Position numbers and translations under genes: made by a program. Shown here in pieces: positions 50,667-60,559 of a DNA stretch of 64,000 nt (its first letter is position 1; every line of letters begins with the position of its first letter). Below the pieces are notes generated by a model. It made no database searches. It saw only the letters and a list, made by a program, of their open reading frames with translations, and was not told the origin of the DNA. Origin of the DNA: Candidatus Thorarchaeota archaeon (lineage in GTDB: Archaea > Asgardarchaeota > Thorarchaeia > Thorarchaeales > Thorarchaeaceae); contig DXJO01000010.1 of assembly GCA_019057475.1 (NCBI GenBank), positions 160,001 to 224,000 of the forward strand. Reading direction: 5' to 3'.

Positions 50667-51456
50667 CTTCTTTAAGCACAATGGACTCAAACTCCACTAT
50701 GTTGATGAAGCACCCACAGAGCCTGCAGCGGCGAGACCAGCGCTTCTCTTTATCCATGGCGCTGGCGCTTCGCATATGCTTTGGACTCCTCAGGTCAAGC
50801 ATTTCAAACAGACCCACCGAGTCATCGCATTAAATCTATCAGGTCACGCGGAGTCAGAAGCCAAAGAGGAAGATCCCGAAATCGAAACTCAATTTGCTCC
50901 CGAGCTTGCATCGCTGATTCAACATCTATCTCTTGACATCTTTGTTCTGATTGGACATTCCATGGGCGGGGGCGTAGCCATGTCGTACGTCCTGCAAGAT
51001 GGAGTCCGCATGCCTCGAGCACTAGTTTTGGTGAGCACCTCTTCTGACCTTGACATGAGAAAGCGTGGCCCTGGCGTTGCAAAGGAAGCTATCGAGATTA
51101 ACCTGTTCCTTCTTCAGAGTGCGCTCAAGCGGGACAAATCAATTGAATATGAGCTAAAACGTGCGGGGGCCAAGGTGAGCCTGACCAACCCTTGGATAAT
51201 GCAGAGAGACCTTCGTGCCTGTGACCATTTCAACATCTCCGACAGAGTAGGGGAAATCACAATTCCTGCATTTGTAATCGTTGGCGAACACGATGACCTC
51301 ATCCCGCCCTCGATAGCCAAGCAGCTAGAGGAAGCCCTTCCGCGGGCTGATATCGCTGTCGTCAGAGGTGCAAATCATTCACCCATGATTGAACAACCTG
51401 AGGAGTTCAACGGGCTCCTTTCCAAGTTCCTGAAGTGGGTGGAGTCGAATCCATAG
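50662..51456 (+). CDS. Alpha/beta-fold hydrolase
   Basis: FIHGAG, GHSMGG nucleophile elbow, GEHD, NH. The ATG lies inside the mini-element left end. Confidence 0.92.
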   Translation: MPFFKHNGLKLHYVDEAPTEPAAARPALLFIHGAGASHMLWTPQVKHFKQTHRVIALNLSGHAESEAKEEDPEIETQFAPELASLIQHLSLDIFVLIGHSMGGGVAMSYVLQDGVRMPRALVLVSTSSDLDMRKRGPGVAKEAIEINLFLLQSALKRDKSIEYELKRAGAKVSLTNPWIMQRDLRACDHFNISDRVGEITIPAFVIVGEHDDLIPPSIAKQLEEALPRADIAVVRGANHSPMIEQPEEFNGLLSKFLKWVESNP

Positions 51457-51632
51457 CCCGTTGCTCTCCTCAATTGCCCGCATCTCATCACTCACACTAA
51501 CAGGGGCGTTTAACTCACGAAAGCTTATTAGTGCGCAGCAACCCTGTCCCTCCAAGATAGCTCCCTAGAAAGCCCCCGTGATGATTCCATTATAGTAGGG
51601 CTACACGGGATGAGCAAACGGCGGTCGAATAA

Positions 51633-52190
51633 ATGAGCAGCAGTACGTATGATTATCTGTTCAAGGTTGTTGTTCTGGGAGAAGGCGCCGTAGGAAAAAC
51701 AGCGATCGTAACGCGCTTCTCTCACGGTTTCTTCCGCACTGACTACAAGACGACAATCGGGTCTCAATTCGCCGTCAAGAACATCACCGTGACTAGGACT
51801 GATGGCTCAAAGGTTACGGTGAAGCTGCAAATTTGGGACGTGGCAGGTCAATCACGGTTCCAGATTCTGAGACCAATGTACTATCGCGGTTCAAGCGGCG
51901 GGATTCTTGTCTACGATGTGACTCGAAGAAGGACGTTCATGGTCCTTCAGGAATGGATGGATGAGCTTACAAAGGCTATCAACAAGGAGATTCCTTTAAT
52001 CCTCGTTGCCAATAAGACGGACCTGCCAGACCGCGTGGTGCAGCCCGCTGAGGGGCGCAAGTTCGCTGATGAGCACAATATGCCCTACCTTGAATCGTCA
52101 GCTAAGACGGGCGAGGGCATTGTTGATATATTCGCAAGGCTGGGCAAAACATTGGCACGGACTCGCGAAGAGCACTCAAGTCTGCAGTGA
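51633..52190 (+). CDS. Rab-like small GTPase
   Basis: YDYLFKVVVLGEGAVGKT, TIG, WDVAGQ, YYRG, NKTD, ESSAK; no C-terminal Cys. Confidence 0.95.
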   Translation: MSSSTYDYLFKVVVLGEGAVGKTAIVTRFSHGFFRTDYKTTIGSQFAVKNITVTRTDGSKVTVKLQIWDVAGQSRFQILRPMYYRGSSGGILVYDVTRRRTFMVLQEWMDELTKAINKEIPLILVANKTDLPDRVVQPAEGRKFADEHNMPYLESSAKTGEGIVDIFARLGKTLARTREEHSSLQ

Positions 52191-52288
52191 CCGGAATTCC
52201 AAGTGCAGGGTTTCTCCAAGAGCATACATCATTTCTGAGGTTTAGCAACTCATATCTGTGAGTGTGAAGCGTAGGAGCTGGGTATCCG

Positions 52289-52870
52289 ATGACGAAGCCT
52301 GATGAACACTACCCAGTGAACTTGTTTCCAGCACTTCAGTGGGCTCTTGATCTGTACTTCAAGAAGCATCCCAAGTACAGGGACCCGCCAATTGTGGAGG
52401 TCATCTTTCCCGCGGGCAGCCACAAGGTGCTCATGAAGACCCTTGGAGAACATGAGATTGTGTTTTGGATGTCAAAGAGGAAGCTCTACGTCAAGGCGAG
52501 ATGCTTGGCGGATAAAGAATGCAAGTTCAACGTTTCAAGGGTAAATGCTGATGATAGGGAAGCGCTCAAGACCATTAACTGGAAGAAGATTGACTCTCGC
52601 CAATTCTTCCAAATAATGCGCAAGTGGGTCATCAGACTTGACCTAGACTTCATCACCCTGATTCGTGCGCTGAATACGATTTGCGACACGCGCGTCAAGA
52701 TACCGCTAACAACTCAATACGGCCGGACTTTCGAAAAGTTTGACGATTACAGGCGCAATCGCTGGCCTGCAGACGCGACGCCGAATAATCCACCCAAGTT
52801 CATTGAGGAAGTCTTAGTGCGAGTGACCTTCTGGTTCATGACGGCTGCAACAGTAGGTGCACTTGTCTGA
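52289..52870 (+). CDS. Hypothetical protein
   Basis: 193-aa ORF with normal codon pattern and no motif recognised. Confidence 0.7.
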   Translation: MTKPDEHYPVNLFPALQWALDLYFKKHPKYRDPPIVEVIFPAGSHKVLMKTLGEHEIVFWMSKRKLYVKARCLADKECKFNVSRVNADDREALKTINWKKIDSRQFFQIMRKWVIRLDLDFITLIRALNTICDTRVKIPLTTQYGRTFEKFDDYRRNRWPADATPNNPPKFIEEVLVRVTFWFMTAATVGALV

Positions 52871-52969
52871 ACTGTGCTTGACAGTACGTACTGTGCACAC
52901 GCAAGGAACCAATCACAATTGCTAAAGCGCTGCTATTCTTCTCATGAATCATCAGGTGTATGCTTCAAG

Positions 52970-54100
52970 ATGCTCGTCGGTTTAGTTGTGAATCCGATTG
53001 CGGGAATGGGTGGGCGCGTCGGGCTAAAGGGCACAGACGGTGTTGTCGATGAGGCATTGAAGCTTGGTGCAGAACCCGTTGCGCCTGGCCGTGCCAAGGA
53101 GTTTCTGGAGTCACTCCTTCCCTTAGTTAGTTCAGATGTTCGAAAGATCGAGCTTGTTACTTGCCCGGATGCAATGGGCGCTGATTCTTCCCGCAAGATT
53201 GGAATCAATCATCAAATCGTTGATGTTCAGATTGGAGAACAAACCACTGCAGCTGACACGAAGGCTTGCATTCTGGCTCTGTATAAGGCTGGAGCACGAC
53301 TGATTGTGTTTGTTGGAGGGGATGGAACAGCAAGAGACATCTTTGACACTGTAGAGGAGAACGATCTCAACGACCTCATGATCCTGGGAGTTCCCTCTGG
53401 TGTTAAAATGTATAGCGGCATATTCGTCATTAACCCTCGGGATGCCGCTGACGTAATCCGCCTAGTATCTGAGGGCACTGCAACAATGGCTGAATTCGAG
53501 GTGATGGATGCTGACGAGGCGGCTTTCAGGGAAGACCGGTTTATCATCCGGCTCTATGGATACCTCCGGGGGCCCTCTGTGCCTGCAAGATTTCAAGGTG
53601 CAAAGCAAGCTAGTCCCGAAACTGTTGACGAGCACGAGGCACAAGAGGCTATTGCGAAGTATGTTGTAGAATCCATGACTCAAGATGGCACCTACATTCT
53701 TGGACCTGGTACTACAGTCAAGAATGTGGCTGACATGCTGGGCGTGAAGAAGACCACACTTGGTGTTGATGTCTACAGCGAAGGAACTATCTACAACGAT
53801 GTAAATGAAGAAAAAATCATGAGCATTGTCGAGGACTTCGGAAAAGTCTGGATCATCGTTTCGCCCATTGGCCATCAGGGAATGCTTTTTGGGCGCGGCA
53901 ATCAGCAGATCAGTCCAACAGTGATTCGACAGGTTGACCGTGATAAGATACTCATCATGTCAACTCCTGCTAAGCTCAGGGACATTGAGGGGGGCACGCT
54001 CAAGGTGGACACTGGAGATTCCAATGTGGATGACCTACTTCGCGGGTACATAAGAGTCATAACGGACTATAACGAGCTTAGAATGGTTGAGGTAGAATAG
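52970..54100 (+). CDS. ATP-NAD kinase family protein
   Basis: VNPIAGMGGRVGLKGTDG, GGDGTARD, GVKMYS, GRGNQQ, VDTGD. Confidence 0.88.
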   Translation: MLVGLVVNPIAGMGGRVGLKGTDGVVDEALKLGAEPVAPGRAKEFLESLLPLVSSDVRKIELVTCPDAMGADSSRKIGINHQIVDVQIGEQTTAADTKACILALYKAGARLIVFVGGDGTARDIFDTVEENDLNDLMILGVPSGVKMYSGIFVINPRDAADVIRLVSEGTATMAEFEVMDADEAAFREDRFIIRLYGYLRGPSVPARFQGAKQASPETVDEHEAQEAIAKYVVESMTQDGTYILGPGTTVKNVADMLGVKKTTLGVDVYSEGTIYNDVNEEKIMSIVEDFGKVWIIVSPIGHQGMLFGRGNQQISPTVIRQVDRDKILIMSTPAKLRDIEGGTLKVDTGDSNVDDLLRGYIRVITDYNELRMVEVE

Positions 54101-54155
54101 AAAGAATAATCAACCCCCTGTTGTCTGTTTTGCCGAAGGGCTCAAGCGAGGTGAA

Positions 54156-54890
54156 GTGATGATAGTTCTGATGACTGACTTCTCAGAGTCAGAGTATGCA
54201 GGTATGATGAAGGGAGTGATATACACAATTCATCCTAAGGCTAGAGTGGTAGACCTCACTCATGAGATATCACCTCAATCAGTGAGGGAGGGGGCGTGGG
54301 TTCTATTTCAAGGCTATCAATACTTCCCCAAGAAGACAACCTTCGTATGTGTGGTTGATCCTGGTGTCGGAACTGGACGCGATGCAGTCTTGGTTAGAAC
54401 CAAGAATTACATCTTCATCGGTCCCGATAACGGCTTGATGTACCCCTCCGCATACAAGGATGGCATCAAGGACGTGTTCAAGATTCAGATTGACCAGCCG
54501 GAGTTTACAACCTTTCACGGGCGAGAAATCTTCGCCAAGGTGGCTGCCTATGTGGCTAGCGGAGCCGGCGAGAAGTTTCTAGGGGAACGCAAATCAGATC
54601 TCGACGTCGTCCTGAGGTTTTGGCAGGAGGGACGCAGTGGAGAAGTAGTCCGCGTTGACCATTTTGGCAACATAATCACCAATCTGCCGCCGCTGGACAA
54701 GGATATGTATCATCTAAATTATCGGGCTCTAAATCGGGACATCACATGGGCTGGTACATACGGTGAAGGGCCTGAGTATGATATGTTTCTCGTCACTGGT
54801 AGCGCAGGCACGCTCGAGCTCTCAGTTAAGAATGGACGAGCCGTTGACCGCCTTCCGGCAAGGGTAGGCGACACTATTGTCATCAAGTAG
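54156..54890 (+). CDS. SAM hydroxide adenosyltransferase (DUF62, chlorinase/fluorinase family)
   Basis: MTDF, DLTHEI, VVDPGVGT.R, GPDNG, TFHGR, DHFGN, LELSV. Confidence 0.92.
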   Translation: MMIVLMTDFSESEYAGMMKGVIYTIHPKARVVDLTHEISPQSVREGAWVLFQGYQYFPKKTTFVCVVDPGVGTGRDAVLVRTKNYIFIGPDNGLMYPSAYKDGIKDVFKIQIDQPEFTTFHGREIFAKVAAYVASGAGEKFLGERKSDLDVVLRFWQEGRSGEVVRVDHFGNIITNLPPLDKDMYHLNYRALNRDITWAGTYGEGPEYDMFLVTGSAGTLELSVKNGRAVDRLPARVGDTIVIK

Positions 54891-55626
54891 ACATTGATGC
54901 GACGTGATACATGCACTCGTCCTCGGCACAGTCCGGGTTTGTTTCTGAATGAGCACAGGACTGAGGCTTGGGAACGGGACCGAGGTCAATGTTGTATTCA
55001 TTCTTGAGCATCTCAATCGCCGCAGTCAGTCCATAGTATGTAGCTCTCTTGCAGCATCGAATAAGCTCGTCTTGTGATAGATCTAGTGCAGCAGACGTTG
55101 TTCGGTGAGCTTGCAGTCTTGGGGTTGCACGTTTGGGTGTAGAATCCAGATACAGAGCTAAGGCAACCCCTGCACCCACACAAGCTCCGCAAGTACCTGC
55201 GTAGCCACAGAATCCGCCAGGAATCTTGGATCCTCTGCGAATTCCCTCAAGAATAACATCCTTAGTTATTGGCGACCCGTCGTGTCTGCTGATTCCTCTG
55301 CTTTTCATAACAATCAGTATCGCTGCGGGAACCAGACTATGATGCTCGGGACCATGGAACTTGAAGCTTGGATGGGTCATCGCTCGGTCCACGATCTCAA
55401 TTGGATCAATGCTAGTTTCTGTTTCCGTCAGGCGATTGAGAAAATCGAGGGCTTCCTCAGCATGACAAATATCGCAGACGAAATGACCTTCGGGGCAGTA
55501 TATGGGCGAGTATGTTGACATACCGCAGAATGTGCAGGTCTGCTCCTTCTCAGTTCCGCCGTAGATCAGAGTGGTACCACAGACAGTACATTCTGAAACA
55601 TGTTCGGTGTCGGCATTCCTGTTCAT
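54883..55626 (-). CDS. Cys-rich metal-binding protein (DUF5714-like)
   Basis: CTVC, CTFC, CPEGHFVCDICH, HGPEHH, PGGFCG..G.CGA, RCCKR, C...N..C...C. Confidence 0.75.
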   Translation of the reverse strand: MNRNADTEHVSECTVCGTTLIYGGTEKEQTCTFCGMSTYSPIYCPEGHFVCDICHAEEALDFLNRLTETETSIDPIEIVDRAMTHPSFKFHGPEHHSLVPAAILIVMKSRGISRHDGSPITKDVILEGIRRGSKIPGGFCGYAGTCGACVGAGVALALYLDSTPKRATPRLQAHRTTSAALDLSQDELIRCCKRATYYGLTAAIEMLKNEYNIDLGPVPKPQSCAHSETNPDCAEDECMYHVASMST

Positions 55627-55776
55627 CGAATCGCCTCTTGCTAGGTTCTCGATTTCCAGCTTGCTTTGATTACAGTTTCGATGGAGGACAGGGGGCGCTA
55701 GTGGTACGATATGTCGCCTCACAACGCTTAACTAGTAAAGCTTACCATATTCTAAAACTGGTTGGAAGTGTGCCTG

Positions 55777-56112
55777 ATGACAGTTGAACAGGCTAGGAGA
55801 GTGGCTCAGAAGCATTACGACCTGCTTCAGCAGGATGATATGGCCAAATGGGTGGACACCCTCACTAATGAAAACAAAAAAGTGGTGCTGACCAAAGGCA
55901 GCTCGCCCAGCATGTGGTGGGATCTAGGTCGGCGTTATTTCGAGCAATACGGCGTCCACTACAAGTTCAACCGCGTGGAAGAAAAGAAAGAGGACTACTG
56001 CAAGCTCTTCTTCACAAGGTATAACGCAGACGGTTCTGTGCGTGGAATGCCTGTGTCTATCCACTTGAGAAAGGTAGATGACAAGTGGAAAGTAGAGCAG
56101 GCATCCCACTGA
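55777..56112 (+). CDS. Hypothetical protein (NTF2-like fold possible)
   Basis: Helical N-terminus; ends LRKVDDKWKVE. Confidence 0.6.
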   Translation: MTVEQARRVAQKHYDLLQQDDMAKWVDTLTNENKKVVLTKGSSPSMWWDLGRRYFEQYGVHYKFNRVEEKKEDYCKLFFTRYNADGSVRGMPVSIHLRKVDDKWKVEQASH

Positions 56113-56160
56113 TTCCCCTACCGCAACAGACCTAAATACGCAGCGCACAACACCGCAACC

Positions 56161-57375
56161 ATGTCTCGGGTTGTTGTTCTAGGTGGCTGTGGAGTTGTCG
56201 GCTCTATTGCCGTTAAGACGCTGACATCAATCGGTGAGTTCGATGAGATAGTGGTTGCTGACCTCAACTACGAAGGAGCACAGACCTGCGTTTCCGAGAT
56301 TGGCGAAGGCTGTTTATCAGCGGTGATGGTGGATGCTTCTAATCCAGATTCCATAAAGGAGGCCATCAAGGGCTCAGATGTGGTGCTTAACTGCTGCGGC
56401 CCCTTCTACAAGCTTGGGCCTATTGTGCTAAAAGCTGTGATCGAATCTAGCATAAACTATGTCGACATCTGTGATGATTACGATGCCACCACGATTCTTC
56501 TTGCAATGGACAAGGCTGCGAAAAAGGCTGGCATCTCAGCACTTACTGGCCTGGGAAGCTCACCCGGTGTTGCGAATCTTCTTGCCAAGCTCTGCGCTGA
56601 CCAGATGCTGGATGAGGTCGAGTCAATTGACATTCTCCATGCTCATGGCGGCGAGCCCAAGGAGGGAGCGGCTGTTGTTGAGCATCGAATCCATAGCATG
56701 ACCTCTCCTATACCCATGTATCTGGATGGGAAGTTCGAAACAGTCGAATACTTTGGCGAGAGCGGACGGGCACTGGAGTTGGACGTTGATTTCCACCGCA
56801 TTGGCGTTTACAGATGCTATCCTTATCCGCATCCTGAAACGATAACGCTGCCCATCTATATCAAGTGTAAGCGTGTCACGAATCTGGGTTGTGTCATACC
56901 CACCCCGTACTATGACCTGATTAGAAACATTGCAAGGTTGGGAATCGTTGGTGAAGACCCGCTAGTTGTCAAGGGGACTGAAGTAATTCCTCTGGATTTC
57001 GCTATTGCCTACATACTGGAGCAGAGAGAGAAGATTCTGAAGGCGACAGATTTCGGGGTGCAGCGTGGCTGCCTTAAGATTATCATTAGGGGCACTGTTG
57101 ATGGGAGGTCGCATCGGTTCGACTTCTCAATGGCTTCTGTGGGCCAATCGATGGGAGAAGGTACGGGCATTCCCGCCGCCATTGGTGCAGTCCTCATGCA
57201 GCGTGGCAAAATCACCAAGAAAGGAGTTCTGCCTCCTGAGGGCTGTGTCAATCCGCTTGACTTCCTTCTAGTCATGAAAGACCAGCTCAAGCTCGAAAAG
57301 GTGAGTGGCGAGGGCTCCCCTCTCATCATCGAGTCAATAGACGCTGATGGCAATGTAGAGCAACTGGAGATTTAG
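56161..57375 (+). CDS. Saccharopine dehydrogenase-like oxidoreductase
   Basis: GGCGVVG, NCCGPFY, NYVDICDD, GLGSSPG, HPE..TLP, GVLPPE. Confidence 0.88.
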   Translation: MSRVVVLGGCGVVGSIAVKTLTSIGEFDEIVVADLNYEGAQTCVSEIGEGCLSAVMVDASNPDSIKEAIKGSDVVLNCCGPFYKLGPIVLKAVIESSINYVDICDDYDATTILLAMDKAAKKAGISALTGLGSSPGVANLLAKLCADQMLDEVESIDILHAHGGEPKEGAAVVEHRIHSMTSPIPMYLDGKFETVEYFGESGRALELDVDFHRIGVYRCYPYPHPETITLPIYIKCKRVTNLGCVIPTPYYDLIRNIARLGIVGEDPLVVKGTEVIPLDFAIAYILEQREKILKATDFGVQRGCLKIIIRGTVDGRSHRFDFSMASVGQSMGEGTGIPAAIGAVLMQRGKITKKGVLPPEGCVNPLDFLLVMKDQLKLEKVSGEGSPLIIESIDADGNVEQLEI

Positions 57376-57411
57376 TTCAGATAGCGAGAATGAGCGTCGG
57401 AGCTGTAGATT

Positions 57412-58461
57412 TTGGCAGATGACAGCATGCATCTTGGAGTTTGGGAGAAGTACCTCGCAGTCTGGGTCGCCCTCTGTATGGCCATTGGCCTCTTGCTGTC
57501 CCAAGCCTTCCCCGGTTTGAGCATAGCGATTAACAGCTGGCAGTACATGGGCATCTCAATACCTATTGGCATATGCCTGTTCCTCATGATTTACCCTGCC
57601 CTCTTGAATATCCAACTAACAGAGATTAGGAAAATCACCAGAGCACCCAAGCCTATAGTCCTCACTATCCTCTCCAACTGGATACTAGCCCCAATAGTTA
57701 CAGTGGTTCTAGCCAATATGTTCCTAGCAGGACATGATCAGCTCATAGTATCCCTGATACTGCTGGGGGCAAGCCCATGCACAGCTATGGTCCTAGTATG
57801 GGGCAAGATGGCTGAGGGCAACCAAGAGCAGAACCTCATCAACACCAGTCTGAACACCGTGACCATCATGATCTTGTACGTGCCCATCGTTACGCTACTG
57901 ACGGGCATTCAAAATATCCCGATCGATTGGATGATGCTCGTGATATCCGTGGTCGTGTTCATAGGCATCCCCATGGTCTTGGGCTACCTTTCAAAGAGAT
58001 ACCTTACCAGCACGCGGGGTGAGGAATGGTTCCAAGGCGTGTACCGACCAGCCGTGGGCAAGGTTTCAGTGATTGCCCTCCTGACGATACTTATCGTATT
58101 GTTTAGCCTGAATGGCAATGTCCTCATCCAGCATCCGGACCTCATACTGCTCGTTTCGATTCCCCTGCTATTAGGATTCTTCATAGTCGTTGGCATCAAT
58201 CTGCTGGTCACGAAGTTCGCTAGCCTCCGGTACGAGGAAGGCATAATTACCGTGATTATTGGTTCTTCAAGCCACTTCGAGATAGCCATCGCGACAGCCA
58301 TCGCCCTCTACGGGCTGGGCTCTCAAGCCGCTCTCGGCACCACGATGGGTCTCTTCTGGGAGGTCCCCATCATGCTAGGCTTGGTCTACCTTGGCAAAAG
58401 GCTCAACAAGAGAGGATTCTGGAATAAAGAAACGGTAGATTCCATTAGTACTATCTCTTAG
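57412..58461 (+). CDS. acr3: Acr3 arsenite efflux transporter
   Basis: EKYL..WV, MIYP, NW, PCTAMVLVW, SSHFEIAIATAI, EVP.M. Confidence 0.92.
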   Translation: MADDSMHLGVWEKYLAVWVALCMAIGLLLSQAFPGLSIAINSWQYMGISIPIGICLFLMIYPALLNIQLTEIRKITRAPKPIVLTILSNWILAPIVTVVLANMFLAGHDQLIVSLILLGASPCTAMVLVWGKMAEGNQEQNLINTSLNTVTIMILYVPIVTLLTGIQNIPIDWMMLVISVVVFIGIPMVLGYLSKRYLTSTRGEEWFQGVYRPAVGKVSVIALLTILIVLFSLNGNVLIQHPDLILLVSIPLLLGFFIVVGINLLVTKFASLRYEEGIITVIIGSSSHFEIAIATAIALYGLGSQAALGTTMGLFWEVPIMLGLVYLGKRLNKRGFWNKETVDSISTIS

Positions 58462-58500
58462 CCAAGAAGCTTTCCGCTTCAGGAACCGGGATGGCGTTTC

Positions 58501-58836
58501 TCAGGACGCTTTGACTTTCCTCAGGAGCTCGACAGCCTTGTCATCACCGTGTTTGACACGATAGGCGAGCACACCTGCTCTGATAATAGCGTTTTTCTGT
58601 CCCTCAGGATTATCGGGGTCATAGTGGCTGATGAATAACTTGCATGGAAAATCACTGCAGAGACCACAGTGATCCACTCCCTTTCCTTCATGGCATTTGT
58701 AGACCTTGCACCTACCCCACCAAGGCCTGCCTTGGGTTGCCGCACAGCCAAGACATGAATGTTCGTTTTCGCCTTTGTAAGAGGGGCAGTCGCTACATAA
58801 CGCTCCACATATGGAGAAGTGAACGTCGTTTCTCAT
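58501..58836 (-). CDS. DUF3795-like Cys-rich protein
   Basis: CGALCSDC, CLGC, C.VYKC, HCGLCSDFPC. Confidence 0.8.
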   Translation of the reverse strand: MRNDVHFSICGALCSDCPSYKGENEHSCLGCAATQGRPWWGRCKVYKCHEGKGVDHCGLCSDFPCKLFISHYDPDNPEGQKNAIIRAGVLAYRVKHGDDKAVELLRKVKAS

Positions 58837-58849
58837 GGCGGTTCTTCGT

Positions 58850-58895
58850 GAACGTGTTCAAATAAAATACGTGCTCTTCCTTAGAACACGTGTTC
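58850..58895. promoter_or_regulatory. Palindromic candidate operator between divergent genes
   Basis: Perfect 12-bp palindrome GAACACGTGTTC (58884-58895), related sites at 58850 and ~58867, and TATA-like TTTATA at ~58917. Confidence 0.4.
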
Positions 58896-58955
58896 CAAGA
58901 AGAGAGTGTTATCTTATTTATAGCGGATTCTCCACTGGTGATAAAGGGATAGGCA

Positions 58956-60536
58956 ATGACAGCCGACGAACGAGAGAGGAAGTATGTCCTAGCGGTGGAC
59001 CATGGCACTTCAGCCATGAAGGTAGCCCTCGCAAACATGAGTGGCGACATTCTCGCCTTTGAAACGGAAAAGACGCCTTTGTACCTCTTGGAAGGTGGTG
59101 GTGCAGAACAGGACCCAGATGAGTGGTGGGCAGCTCTTATCGCCTGTGCTAAGCGGATTGTTGACAGGAATATTGTTCCTGTCGATGACATTATTGCAGT
59201 CTGCAACTCGAGTCAATGGTCCGGTACTGTGGCTGTCGACGCGAATGGCAATCACCTCATGAATGCGATAATCTGGATGGACTCTCGAGGAGCTCCATAC
59301 ATCAGCAAGTACCTACGAGGGATTGTAAACATCCAAGGATACGGCATCTTGAACGTTCTCAAATGGATTCGCAAGACTGGGGGGATTCCCGCCAGCGCTG
59401 GCAAGGACCCAATCGCGCACATCTTGTTCCTGAAGCACGAGCGCCCGGAGATCTATGAAAAAACGCACGTGTTCCTGGAGCCAAAAGATTTCTTGAACCT
59501 GAAGTTCACTGGGAAATTCGCAGCCTCCTATGACTCCATCATGCTTCACTGGCTGGTGAATACCCAGGACATCTGGAATATCCATTACGATGAAGCGCTC
59601 ATCAAGAAATTACGCATAGATAGAAACAAATTACCCCCTTTGCAGAGTTCCATTGATGTACTTGGAGTTGTATCTGGGGACGTTGCAGACCTGATTGGTA
59701 TCAATCGAAACGTGCAGGTCGTAACGGGGTCTCCTGACCTTCAATCTGCTATGATTGGCTCGGGCGCAGTCAAGGATTACGAGGGTCATATCTACATTGG
59801 CACTAGTAGCTGGATACTCTGCCATGTACCTTTCAAGAAGACAGACATCTCCCACAACATGGCTTCAATTCCCTCTACGATTCCCGGCAGATATTTCGTT
59901 GTCAATGAGCAGGAGTCTGCGGGGGCATGCTTAACATTTCTAAGAGACAACATCTTCCACACCGACGACAAGACACGCTATGGCAATCCAGAGGTCTACA
60001 GGGAATTCGATAAGATAGTGGAAGGGGTACCCCCAGGAAGTAACAAGCTAATCTTCACTCCATGGTTGTACGGTGAGCGCACTCCTGTGGAGAATCACAC
60101 AGTACGTGGAGGATTTCACAATCTTTCTCTGCCGGTGGATCGGCCAAATATGATTCGGGCGGTGTTCGAGGGCATTGCTTACAATAGTCGATGGCTGCTG
60201 CAGCTTGTTGAGAAGTTCATTAAGAGGAAGATGGACCCGCTAAATATCATTGGGGGTGGAGCACAGTCCGACATCTGGTGCCAGATATATGCAGATGTCC
60301 TGAACAGGACCATCCGACAGGTCAAGGACCCGATATACGCAAATGCGAGAGGCGCTGCACTCATTGCATCAGTGGGCTTGGGGTACTGCACTTTCGACGA
60401 AATCTGTCATTTGGTCCAGTTCTCGAATGAGTTCAATCCGAATCCCGATAACAGGGCACTCTATGATGAACTCTTTGCTGAGTTTCTGCAGCTATACAAG
60501 AGCAATGAACAGATCTACAAGCGATTGAATGCGTGA
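58956..60536 (+). CDS. FGGY-family carbohydrate kinase
   Basis: VDHGTS, EQDP..WW, IIWMDSR, YIGTSSW, PWLYGERTP, GGGAQS. Confidence 0.92.
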   Translation: MTADERERKYVLAVDHGTSAMKVALANMSGDILAFETEKTPLYLLEGGGAEQDPDEWWAALIACAKRIVDRNIVPVDDIIAVCNSSQWSGTVAVDANGNHLMNAIIWMDSRGAPYISKYLRGIVNIQGYGILNVLKWIRKTGGIPASAGKDPIAHILFLKHERPEIYEKTHVFLEPKDFLNLKFTGKFAASYDSIMLHWLVNTQDIWNIHYDEALIKKLRIDRNKLPPLQSSIDVLGVVSGDVADLIGINRNVQVVTGSPDLQSAMIGSGAVKDYEGHIYIGTSSWILCHVPFKKTDISHNMASIPSTIPGRYFVVNEQESAGACLTFLRDNIFHTDDKTRYGNPEVYREFDKIVEGVPPGSNKLIFTPWLYGERTPVENHTVRGGFHNLSLPVDRPNMIRAVFEGIAYNSRWLLQLVEKFIKRKMDPLNIIGGGAQSDIWCQIYADVLNRTIRQVKDPIYANARGAALIASVGLGYCTFDEICHLVQFSNEFNPNPDNRALYDELFAEFLQLYKSNEQIYKRLNA

Positions 60537-60559
60537 CAGTAGAGCAAGTCACTGCCGGT

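Noticed and set aside
51570-51615. C/D-box sRNA or SECIS upstream of the Rab gene (GTGATGA within a CCCGTG/CACGGG stem)
   Set aside because: No box D CTGA, poor SECIS stem, and no in-frame UGA selenoprotein candidate nearby.
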